From the NCBI GenBank assembly GCA_030265395.1, contig JARFYF010000058.1, forward strand, positions 27,599,800 through 27,663,799: a stretch of 64,000 nt of DNA, written 5' to 3'. The notes under the pieces are model-generated. The model was given only the letters and a program-made list of their open reading frames with translations, was not told where the DNA came from and searched no databases. Origin of the DNA: Rhina ancylostomus (taxonomy: Eukaryota). Positions 26,371 through 37,802 of this stretch are shown here, piece after piece (positions within the stretch are counted from its first letter, which is position 1; every line of letters starts with the position of its first letter). A program made the translations under genes and the position numbers.

Positions 26371-29129
26371 TATAATTCTTATATATATATATATTGAAAA
26401 AGTCATCAGACCCTATTCCAAACACTAACTGAACCTTGAATTACTGCTTTAACTTACAAAAAGGCTTCGAAATAAATTCTGTAAATAATCGTGGGGGGTT
26501 AGGAAAAGTGCACGGTGGAATGAAATATGCCCTCCTGAGACTGGATGAGCGAGAACTGGCGCCCACCGTCACCGTGGAGAAGACATATTCCATCACTGTC
26601 CGGGTACAGGAGAGCCGGTGACAGGCCACTTCCTCCATTCATCATATTCGTTGGCGGTGACTCACACAGCGGCCTGGAGGGTGCAAACCTCTCGTCTGAC
26701 TGAGCCAAGAAGAATGTAGTTCTGTCGCATCGGCTGGTTTGGTGGGCTCTTTCTTTCTGGATCTAAAGCCCTGTTTGATTAAGTCACAGATATTGTTGAG
26801 ACGCTGAAGAAATGTGTAATAGTGTCACGCAGGGTTACTAAAGAAGACGCAAACAGTGTGAGACTAAACAATATGAACCACAAAACTGTAAATATTTTAA
26901 AATTTAAAGCCAACAGAAACGCTGATGTGGATTGGGCGGAATACCATCGCTGTCTGAATGGTTTCGCATCGGTGTTACATAAATTCCAATTCTATGTCGG
27001 ATTCCTTTAGGAGTCCCACGAAGGAAAGGCTTTTATGGTCATTTCGCAAAGTTCCAACGAATCGCATCTCTAACACTGAGGTGCAAAGACTCCCCGTCAA
27101 ATTGCACATTAATCAACACGTCAAAGTGGGGACTAATTGTAGGATGGGATATTTTGAAACTTTCCAACATGACAAATTTCGCCTCATCTTGAGCACAAAT
27201 CGCCTTTTTTTAAAATGCTAAAGTCATATCAGAGTGGGCGAATTGCCCGCTCAGATATGAGCTGAGTTGGGAGCTTTGAACCGTCCTGAGTTAATCTGTC
27301 AGGTGAGAGTTCATGACCTGACATTCTGCAGGTAGAGGCCCCGGGGTGATGGGGAGAGAGGGAGAGGGAGGTCAGGACCCGGATCTCACCCCTCGTTGGT
27401 GCGAGGAATCATTACGAGTAAATGCTCGCAATTGCGCCCTCTGATTGCCAACTTCTACCTTCTAATTGGCAAAAGGAGGTAATTAATTTTGGATATGAAC
27501 ACGTTGCAACTTAAGATGTAAACATTAAAAATTACATTTATCTTTATACACGAATCCTGTTGAATTGAATTTCTCAAACAGGAGCACGGATTGCTGAGTT
27601 TAGAAGCTCGGTTTTCTCTGTTAACCTGATGTAACGTTGCGTCCCACGGCACAAGAGGCAGCCTGCCCCTGTCCTCAGGAAGAATTTTCCAATTAATTCC
27701 ACTGTGCTGCTCTTTCCCTGTACCCCCGCATTTCCATCCACAACCTACACCTCATTTAAAGTGTATCTTCACCCCCGCCCCACCACATTTGAAAGTTACT
27801 GCTGAATGTGCGTCCACACCTTCTGAATTAGCAACAACTCGCTCAGTGCAGATACATGTCCGCTGGCTTTCTGAGCCGCGGTTATTTAGATGAAGTGATG
27901 AGTATCACTAAAACTTGATAAGATTCCCGAGTGAATCCATCAAGTGAAACTGTTTTCACTCTAACGGCGGGACTTTCTTTTAATCCGAGGAGTATGACGG
28001 ACCCCAAATGACTGTTTTAAAGTAGTTCAGTTGTCACCCAGGGACCATTAAAGGAGACGGGAACTGGGCCCATAGAATAGTATGGAGTCCATGCTAGTAA
28101 ATGGGAGCCGACCTTTCTGTCAGTTCAACCTCCAGTCACCGCACGTTAGGTCTGCGGAGACCGAGGGTCAGGTTTGACCGAGGGCTGATGAAGATGTCTG
28201 AGGGAGGGGCGAGGCAGGTGTTAGAAGAGAAGATAAAACATTTATCGTCCGACAAGCGATAAATGGGAGTGATTGAGCGCACGATCCGCCAGGAGCAGTG
28301 AGCTGCTTTCAGGGTGCCGGCGTGCGGCTGGAGGGAAGGAGTCAGTCTGAATGTATTGCGTTCCTCGGCAAAGTCACGCCCTCAACCTGCTGTCGAATGG
28401 AAAGGGACAAAAATGGGATTTTAACTCCCGTCATATTCCATCTTTTGCGCATCTCTTTGTGTTTCTGTCCTTTGCTTATATTTCTCCTTCTCTCTGCCAC
28501 TTGCTGCCGTCTGCCCGTTTTCCCCTCTGCGTAATATTTTATCCAACACTGTGGAAAATTTCTGCCCACCTCTAAATGTCTGTCCTTGATAAGATACACA
28601 CGCTGTTTGTCATCAAAACACACGTGGACTGAGCACATCCCCATACAACGAGGGCCAGGCGCTTTTGCCCTTTATTTTTACAATGGAATTAGGATTAAAT
28701 GTATAAAGTTCCCTATAGTAGTAACTCCTAGTGAGACATTGTGAGTCAATGAATAAAAGTCTGTAATGTGTCACACCCTACAACTCGTCGATTTTGTTAA
28801 AATAGGGCGGAATATTGTTTTCTGTTTTAAAAAATGACTCATTAAAACAATGTAGAAGTGAACTGATAACGGTGATGTCTAGGTACCGCCAAGGGATCGG
28901 ACTGCGAGGCTGACAGGCGTGGCGTTGAGTCAGTTTCTTCCCCTCTCAGTCTCCAAGCGGCAACATACCTGGACGGGATAGGACGGCGGTTGGTGCCGCG
29001 TTGAGGGCAGAGTTTGTGCCTTCAGGTAATGAACAGTGAAACGTTTGCCGATTCACTCCGTCGCATTTTGCCCATGTAATGTTCGTGTCGTAGGATGAAA
29101 CCAAACCTCACAGCGAAGTGTGAGCAGGT

Positions 29130-29345
29130 GAAGAGAGGGAAGGGGAATATTTCGGGTTCCCATTCAATCAATACCTCCAAAAGTGGTTACCTGATCATAA
29201 TCAAGGTGCCGTCAATGCGGGGTTGCTGGGCGTAAATTAACAGCGATATTTCCAACATTACAACACTAACTAGCCTTCAAACCACTGCAAAGGACTTTGG
29301 GACATTTTTAAATGGACGTGACAGGCGCTACACAAAAAGAGTCTT
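29130..29345 (+). mobile_element. DeuSINE (SacSINE1-like) remnant 1.2 kb inside intron 1
   Basis: ttgctgggcgtaaattaacagcgatatttccaacattacaacac...ggactttgggacat...cgtgacaggcgctacacaaa matches the Deu domain plus tail. Confidence 0.65.
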
Positions 29346-30548
29346 CTCCAGAAAACTGCAAGACTCCTTGTAGTAACAGGAACCAGATAGATAACGAGGT
29401 CTGATGCGTACCGGAACAAAATAATGGATTTTACTTCCAATATCTGCTAGGCGCAGTCCGCGCTTGTTCCTCTCTTGAGCGGATTTTGTTTTAACCTCGG
29501 GGTACCTGCTAAAGATTTTCTAAACGATCCGTTACAATTAGAAACGAGATGCGGGTTGTGAAAACTGTTTTAATCTGAGGGGAGCTTTACCATCACTAAT
29601 CACAGTTCAAAACATCCTAGAAATTTACTTGATCGGCATTTTGTTCCGCAGTTAGTGCTTTTGTCAACCAGGGTCCCTCTCTCTCCCTGGCCCATCGCTA
29701 ATGAGCAGATCTGATAACGACTGAAGATTTATAAGAAAACAAAACGAAACGTTGAAACCTGAAGATATTCGGGGCGCGCCGCAATCAGTCGGGACAGAGA
29801 GAGAGGGAAGCTGACAGCTTTAAGTTTCAACGCACAAGCGATAGTTTTCCGACCTTGTATCTAAGTCCGCCCGAGATTCCAACAAGACCAGATTACTGAG
29901 ATAGATCTCAGGTGAAGGGCCTACCAGTGAATGGTGTTTGGTTCGGTTTTACCCTGCTTCGGAGACGCCCTTGCTGCGGCGCAGCAGGCGGGTGAGTCAG
30001 TTTTGCTCACCTGACTCTCTGCATTCCTCTTTCTCGTCAGCCTGGGCTACCTCCTCGCCTCCTGTCTCCATGTTATTTCTCACTTTCTCTTCCCACTTTT
30101 GTTTCCTTCTCAGCCCATCTCTGTATTGTCCCAGTTTCACCCTTTGATCTCTCTTTACCATTAAGCTGCTACTCTTTTGTTTTAACTCTACCGCTCCCTG
30201 TCCCCCACCCCGTTCAACCCTNNNNNNNNNNNNNNNNNNNNNNNNNNNNNNNNNNNNNNNNNNNNNNNNNNNNNNNNNNNNNNNNNNNNNNNNNNNNNNN
30301 NNNNNNNNNNNNNNNNNNNNNNNNNNNNNNNNNNNNNNNNNNNNNNNNNNNNNNNNNNNNNNNNNNNNNNNNNNNNNNNNNNNNNNNNNNNNNNNNNNNN
30401 NNNNNNNNNNNNNNNNNNNNNNNNNNNNNNNNNNNNNNNNNNNNNNNNNNNNNNNNNNNNNNNNNNNNNNNNNNNNNNNNNNNNNNNNNNNNNNNNNNNN
30501 NNNNNNNNNNNNNNNNNNNNNNACCCGTCTGTAAATAGAAACACTTAC

Positions 30549-30625
30549 CACCAGATCGGATAGCCAGCCAGTCCGCGGGTTGAATTCAACAGAAACAACA
30601 CAAATCCAAACAGGTACAAATCCAT
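30549..30625 (-). CDS. wnt3: Wnt3 coding exon 1 (signal peptide), 77 nt
   Basis: ATG at 30625; MDLYLFGFVLFLLNSTRGLAGYPIW + TG|gtaagt; hydrophobic signal peptide; TRxLAGYPIWW is Wnt3-type. Too short for the ORF track. Confidence 0.93.
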
Positions 30626-30769
30626 GAGTGTGGCAGAGTGTAAGTGAGAAAGGAGTTAGAGACAGAGGGCAAAAAACTTTTTTTTCCTTAACAACAAATA
30701 AAGTTGGAAGGCCGCAATCTCGCGGTCAACACTTCACCATAAGGACGGGAGCGTCCTCACATTATACAG

Positions 30770-30895
30770 ATAGATGCTAATATAAAAGTAAAGGGGTTCA
30801 AATGCACGCCGGGACCCAATCAGATCTCACCGCCTTAGGACACAGATGATTATATAGTTCAGCGCTGTCAATCATGTCTTACCACCCCAATATCC
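30770..30895 (-). promoter_or_regulatory. Putative wnt3 core promoter
   Basis: TGATTGACAG (PBX-PREP/MEIS decamer) 30874-30865; CCAAT at 30816-30820 and 30887-30891; TATATAA 30856-30850; AT-rich TATA-like element 30777-30788; 150-270 bp upstream of the ATG. Confidence 0.6.
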
Positions 30896-33800
30896 AGCTA
30901 ATTGCACAAGGTAGTGTTTTGATGCTCGTTAGTTTGTCGGCTCTGTAATGATAAAATTGTTGAGAGGAGGGCACTTTGAATGGGAAGGATGGGAGAATGA
31001 GCTCCTGCCGGGATGGTCGCCATGGTAACACTTGGAGAGTTATAACCAGGCTTGGCCTTTTCACAGCCGCTAAAGAAAGGAGGGAATGTAAGAATGATAA
31101 TGGGCGACATGTGTTAACCTTCTCTTCAACACAAAACAGCATGATGAATATGGGCACAGCGAGAGGGACAGCAAATAAATTCAGGATTATATGTGTCTCT
31201 CTGGGGCATTTTAAAAAGACAGTAGCCCTTTGACAGTCTGACATAGTCTATATTTAATAATTCTCAAGTATCGCACTGACAGAAAATCTTTTCACACTTG
31301 TCTAACTTTTTAATTATGAGATGTCCACGATGACAGCGCAATAAACGCATCAGTCACTTCGATTTTTACATGTCTTGTGGGAAAATCAGATCGATTCTGT
31401 TTTGTATTAAAGAACCCGAAATGATTTGTAAATAGTGATTTAGAGCGCATGTGGGAGGGAAAGCAAAAGGGGGAATGTGTCTGGTGAATCCGTTTTAATA
31501 CAAGACCAATTCCCTCAGAGTTTATAGCCCACACCCCCCTCTTGGGCGCCCGGGGGAAGGAATCACTTTTAAAAATATGCATCCACACAAATCTTATTGG
31601 AGTTAATATGAACGAGCCGATGGCGAATAAAAGGACGAATACTCATGTACATAAATTGGGAGCCAGCGTGGGAGGAAAACAGCGGGAGGAATCCGTGACA
31701 ACTCTAACAGTGTGTTGTGAAGAAACGATAGCGTGGGTATTCCGTTTACTCATCAGTATAAATCTGTATTATAGATATTAGGTAATAGTTATACAATGTG
31801 TTTGACCGTCGAGAAATAATAAGGCTTTATTATTTGTGCAGTGACACTGACAGGCATGCACCTGCTAATTTGAATATAACAATTCAATTTGAGGCTTATA
31901 AATAAATAGTTTTTTTCACAAATGGCAGCAACTTGGCTGTTTTATCTTTTATTCTGTGCTTGATTTCTGGTTTCTTGTCTGTCGTTTGGGGGGGGGAGGG
32001 CGGAAATGGATTTCCTACTTATAGGAAAATGAACTGAAAGGGAAGAGCAAGGTCAGGGAAACAGAGTACCAGGCAACTGAACTGATCCCGGGGATACAGA
32101 GAGTCCGAAGGTGCTCTCCCCTCTTTACTGGCCCTCACAGGAACTGCCTGTTGACGCCGCTTTGGAAAAGTCTGCCGAACCGAGGGCACCGAACAACGGC
32201 GAGAACTTGACCAAGCAACTCCTTGCAATTCGTATTCATGACTCCTTACTGCACCAAAGGTTTGGTGAACAACGCAGGAACTTGCTTCGAAAGGGGATAC
32301 AACACAGAAATAAATATAATTCTCTCAACACACACACACGAAACATTCGTTTTTTTCATTATCTGATCAATATCTTTCAATATCGTATCCAANNNNNNNN
32401 NNNNNNNNNNNNNNNNNNNNNNNNNNNNNNNNNNNNNNNNNNNNNNNNNNNNNNNNNNNNNNNNNNNNNNNNNNNNNNNNNNNNNNNNNNNNTAGCAAAT
32501 TTTGTTGTGTACACTAAGAAAATGTCCCTGGGTCTACTCCATGCAGCGGACACATGGGGGTGACGTGTGGCCGGGTTTAACCGTGGGAAGATTGGGGAGG
32601 GTGGGGGCCGTGGGGGAATAAATAGATGATCTAAAATTGGAGCCCGAGGGAGAAGAATGTTGCGAGGAACACACACAAACAGACACAATTCAAAGGAGCT
32701 ATAAAACCAAACACGCCCCGACCCGCAACAACAAATAAGACAAAACACAAAAAAATAAACAGCGCAATTTCTACAATTTATTTATTGTTCTTGTGTTAAA
32801 GCCTTTGATCTGGGCTGATCGCATGCAAAACTGCAATTTTCGCAACACACCGAGATTTTAGGTGCTCATTAGAACCATTTAGAACATAAACTACTTGGTG
32901 CGACCTTACATTTTACTCAATCACCCAGGATTGGCAGTGAGATCCATTAGGGATCCCACGGGTTTAGGGTTATTGCATCAACTGTATAATCTCACACTAT
33001 CTCCTCTTCCTCGAGTCTTCTGCAAAATCTCTTATTTTAAGTTATTAAACATACATGAATCTTGGATGCCCGTTCAAACCCATAACAACACTGCCTCCTG
33101 ACGAGAACCATTTGGGAGGGGCATTTTTGCAGCCTCAAGCAAACCGAGGTTTCCTCGTCCATCGATACACCAAACGTTCAATAATTCATATTAAAGGCTG
33201 ATCAGTCCCGATCTGAAGGACCTTTTTTTTTCCCAGCTCCGTCCCTACACCGGATAAAGAGGGGAGCTTAATATTGGAAAGTAGTAAAATGGAACGGAAA
33301 AATCAAATATTTCCCTCCGTCAATAAGGCTCCAATCTATCTATTCTCCCCGGTCTCATGCCATTTCATTATTAAGCCAATGCAAGGAACTGTTTGCCATA
33401 TGATGCAAGTGTTGATTTTGCTAAATATCAAACAATCACTGACGTCCAGACTCGGTTCAAGTATCAAAGCCGTAATTCTGATCAAAGATATAACATATAT
33501 ATATAATGCACATGATACAAAGATACAGGCGAATAAGAGGTCAGACCATTCATACTGGAGAATGAAAGGGCAAACCCAGTAGAAATAGTTTCAATGGAAC
33601 TGCGGCAATTTCGGGCAAGTGGACGCGTGTTTGGACTCGGGATGGGAGTTTAACTTGCGTCCCATTCGGTACTTTGGCAGCGTTTGCCTTGACGCACGAC
33701 TGTGTTACAGTTTAGTCGGCGAGAGACGACCTCGCGGGCTCAGCTATAGGCNNNNNNNNNNNNNNNNNNNNNNNNNNNNNNNNNNNNNNNNNNNNNNNNN

Positions 33801-34316
33801 NNNNNNNNNNNNNNNNNNNNNNNNNNNNNNNNNNNNNNNNNNNNNNNNNNNAGAGCTCCGGGGTGTGTGGGTTGCAGTCGCTGGGCTCAGGGATCCTGGT
33901 GGCGCCCGAGCAGCGGCTCGCCCCTGTCACCGATGCAATCCACTGACGGCAGCGCCATCCCGTGGCACCAACCGAGGGTCTTCCGCCTGAGGCGTTGACT
34001 CTGCTTATCTTTCCATAGATGCTGCCTAATCCGCTGCGTGTTTCCAAGCATTTTCTGTTATTACTTCATCAACAGGCATAATATTTAGAGAATTTCGCTT
34101 CTAAAGATGTATTTCAATGGGGCAAACCACCTACCGATTTTTTTCTGGGAAACAATTGTTATTACTTACATCTTTCTTACAATCCAGTAACTGATTACAA
34201 TAATCTTAAATAGCTGTAAAGGATTGTCACTATTGGAGCATCCCAGACATCAACAAGAGATTTTTTTTTAAAGATTCCTTTAAATTAAAGAAAAAACGAA
34301 GCATGTTACAGAGGAT

Positions 34317-34488
34317 ACCCGTGTCTGCGAAATACCCGTGTTTCCTCCCACAATCGGGTTAGGAGCTATGTTGGCGCCGGAAGAGTGGCGACACTTGCGG
34401 GCTGCCCCCAGAGCACTCTCAGTAACGCAAAAAGATGCATTTCGCTGTGTGTTTCCATGTACATGCGACTAATAAATAAATATCTTAT
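34317..34488 (+). mobile_element. V-SINE (Rex1-type tail), internally deleted
   Basis: ttggcgccggaagagtggcgacacttgcgggctgccccca...gatgcatttcgctgtgtgtttccatgtacatgcgactaataaa. Confidence 0.8.
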
Positions 34489-34669
34489 ATATAAGGAGGA
34501 AATAAGGAGATCAAAGAAGTGTTTGGAGGTGGAAGGGAATCCCAGAGGTGTATGGCCCAGCTGAAGGTGTTGGCAGTGCAGTGGGCACACAAACAGTGCA
34601 CAACAGACTGGAGTCAGACCGATCAACAGCTTCTTCTTGGTGAACGAGGGGACATAGCTGCAAAATAAA

Positions 34670-34945
34670 GGGGCTGATCATTTGAAACTGAGGTGAATCG
34701 AAACTTCTTTGCTTAGAGGGCAGTGAATCTCTGGAATTCTCTGCCCCCAAGGGTGGCGGAGGACAGATCATTAATTGGTGGAGATAGATAAATATTTGAA
34801 GGATTGAGAAATTGAAGGCCTATGGGGAACTGGCACAGAAGAGGAGTTAAGGCCAGCATAGATCAGCCATGATCATATTGAGCTGTGGGGCAGGCTTGAG
34901 GTGCTGGGTAGTCCACTCCTGCGCCTGTTTCTTGTGCTCCTTGTG
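34670..34945 (+). mobile_element. CR1 LINE 3' end nested in an older L2-like fragment (34490-35100)
   Basis: agagggcagtgaatctctggaattctctgcccc...gatcagccatgatcatattgag...ctcctgcgcctgtttcttgtg. Confidence 0.7.
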
Positions 34946-36504
34946 GTCTTGTCTTCAAGGATTGTAAGGTATGAGGAGGTTTGCAGAGGGAGTGAAGGAA
35001 CTTAAATCTGAGAATTCTAATTGTAAATTTGAGATGTAGGGAGACTGGAATCCAATGCAAGGCTGTGAGGACAGGGTAACAGGTGAGCAGAATTTAGTTT
35101 GGGGCCCGCTTCAGACAGCAAGCTTGAGGGATTTGATCCGTGCCACCCACAGACAATTAAATTTTGTTTCAGGATGTTCCTCTGACCTTCCCCAAGTGGG
35201 GGGTAATTGCAGCTCCCTTCTTGCTAACTCTTAACTGCAATGTTCAGCAGTAATTATTAGGCATTAGTAATTACTACTTAGTAATCATTGTTCTATCTAA
35301 TTTAGTAATTAATTATCTTATTTGCAGTATTTATATGCACATTAATGTTTGATGCTGGCAGCACAGTGCACTGCAGTGTGCTACACTCATCATCAAGCTG
35401 CCCTGCCAGGCTCTGAAACAAAAGCAGTGGGGGACAACCCAGTTGAAGATCTCAAGTTGCTTAACGTAAATGGAATACCTTATTCTGCACTTACGCTGCT
35501 TTTCTACAAAAACAAATACTTTGGATTAACAGAAGTGTGTGGCTCAGCTGTTCTACAAATATAATTCAATAGGAGACAGGCACTATAGTGGGTTTGATAC
35601 TAGCCTCAGATGGTATGGGACATAGCTCACAACTGTGTGTAAATCGGCAATCATAGAGGCATGGAAGGGCTTGTCTGAGAAAAGGTGAAAGTTAATCTGC
35701 TGGAAAAGCAAGACAGATGAACTTGATGTAGACTTGAAGGCATTGCTGAAAAATTGGAACGAGGTAGTTAGAGATCCTTCTGTATTAACCCAGCTGATCC
35801 TGGGAGTGTCAGAAATGGGGAAATATTCTATTTCCTTATATTAACATTCTTCATCTCAACTACTCTGTGATGACATACTTTTATTTTTTGACTCCTTTAT
35901 ATACATGAACTCTAATCATGGGTTTGCACCTCTGTTCCATCCAATTACTTTTTATAAAATCATGTAATTTCATGACTATTATGTAATACAATGTATCACA
36001 GTAAATCTTTTACTATCTCCTCTGTGCTAGTTGTCAAATTTTTCATAATAATCCTGAAATGCAATATCTTGAGATGCATTTCAATGTTAAGAGCACCATG
36101 AGAATGTGACTTTATGATACTATTGCAATAATGATACCATTTTAAGATTTTCTTTGACACCATACGAGGTCAAATTATCATTGGTAGTAATTTCACAATA
36201 CATGAAGATTTATACATATCCACATGCACTTATAGAGACCTGAACTTGGCTGAAAATATTGAATATTTTCAATTTGCATTATGTTCAAGGTAATGTTTTA
36301 AAATTGGAAGGTGTTAGCAGGATAGTATAGCTGACTATAGTCTCCCATTAACTTTGAGTTCTCGGTTGGTTTCCAGTCCTGGTTATATATAGGCAAGTCT
36401 TCTCTTCCTGCTAACTAACTAGATTTTGTGCGCAATTAACTTTAGTCATTTCTAGTTGAACACCTAATAGACTGCTCCCACACAAAACAAACTGATTATA
36501 TTGA

Positions 36505-36760
36505 AGCATAGAAACAGAGAAATAGGAGCAGGAGTTGACCATTCAGCCCTTTGCACTTGGTCCACCATTCATAGAGTCATAGAGTTGTACAGCATAGAAA
36601 CAGTCCCTTCAGCCCACTACGTCTATGCTAACCATCATGCCTATCAATACTAATCCCACTTTCCTGCATTAATTCCATATCCCTCAATGCTTTTCTCATT
36701 CAAGTACCTAGCCAGTATGATCTATCTTTATATCATATTCTTGCCTCCTTTCCATGCCCT
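36505..36760 (-). mobile_element. Nested CR1/SINE 3' tails
   Basis: catagaaacagagaaataggagcaggagttgaccattcagccc and agagtcatagagttgtacagcatagaaacagtcccttcagccc. Confidence 0.7.
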
Positions 36761-36999
36761 TTGATGTGGGACTCACAGTGTGCAATCAGCTCACTGAGGA
36801 AGTGGAGGCCTCAGACTCATTGAGGTCTATGCTCAACTGGCTCGGGTGTAGATATATTCATTGCAGTGTCTGGAATGACTATCACTGGCTGGAGCTGGTC
36901 AGTGATGATCAGATCCAGGTCAACACTTCTTAAATTGGACGTGTTTCAGGCTAAAAATGGTGCTGGAAGTCATTGGGAGGATAATGGAGATTTTGGACC

Positions 37000-37200
37000 A
37001 AAGAAAGGAGCGAGATCTCCTGATTTTTGGAAACAACTCAAGAGCTGCTTGTAGATGAGGTGCAGAGGTAGAGAGATGTCTTCTGCCATCAAAGGTCAGG
37101 AAGTTCTACAGGCTGTGAAGAGGCAATGGAAGGACACTGGAGAGCGGGTTAATGCCAAAACCCTAAGTACCAAGATTTAGGTAGTGGTTTAATGATCTGA
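37000..37200 (+). mobile_element. Harbinger-type Myb/SANT-like ORF remnant (frameshifted)
   Basis: Across frames reads ARSPDF..QELLVDEVQR*RDVF..AVKRQWKDTGERVNAKTLS..WFNDL, the Myb/SANT-like (trihelix) pattern of PIF/Harbinger DNA-binding proteins. Confidence 0.6.
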
Positions 37201-37416
37201 TGCACTTAATTAAGGCTGGGGAACACACCGTCATCTCCATTAACCCCACCCAGATATATCACTAACCTCACTGACTACTACACGCAGTACACCTCTAACA
37301 CTCACCTAACACTGCCTCTATCAAGCAGGACTCAGAAATAAATGGGGTTGATCTTTGATGGAGATTCACCTGGATCGTCCGGCAGATAAGTCAGTAACAA
37401 GACTACTCCCAAATGG

Positions 37417-37620
37417 AGACACAAGAGACTACAGATGTTGGAATCTGGAGCAAAAAAAATCCAAACTACTGGAGGAACTCAACGGGTCAGGCAGCATCTG
37501 TGGAGGGAAATGGACAAGAATGTCCAAGAATGGTCCAGATGAAGGGTCTTGACCTGAAATATTGACTGTCCATTTTCCTTCACAGATGCTGCCTGATCGA
37601 CTGAGTTCCTCCAGCAGTGT
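37417..37620. mobile_element. Fold-back element from Penelope-like termini with central hammerhead-like motif
   Basis: ~50-bp inverted arms ctggaggaactcaacgggtcaggcagcatctgtggagggaaatggaca / tgtccattttccttcacagatgctgcctgatcgactgagttcctccag. Confidence 0.8.
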
Positions 37621-37802
37621 GTATTGTCACCCTGTTCCCAAGTAGAGGCTGAAGTGTAGTCTTCTACTCAGCAAAGCACTGGTTGTGGGACATCTGCTTT
37701 GCACTGGTGGATTGCTCATGAAGTCCAAAGCAGTAGCATATTCATGTGTATTGCACCTTCGCACACTTAACATGACCTCGATATTACAATACACATCTCA
37801 CC

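Larger units (their letters stand above)
9395..30548 (-). other. wnt3: wnt3 intron 1 (~21 kb), GT-AG, phase 2
   Basis: GTAAGT donor at 30548-30543 and AG acceptor at 9396-9395; joining TG|G restores YPIWWSLALG. Confidence 0.92.
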
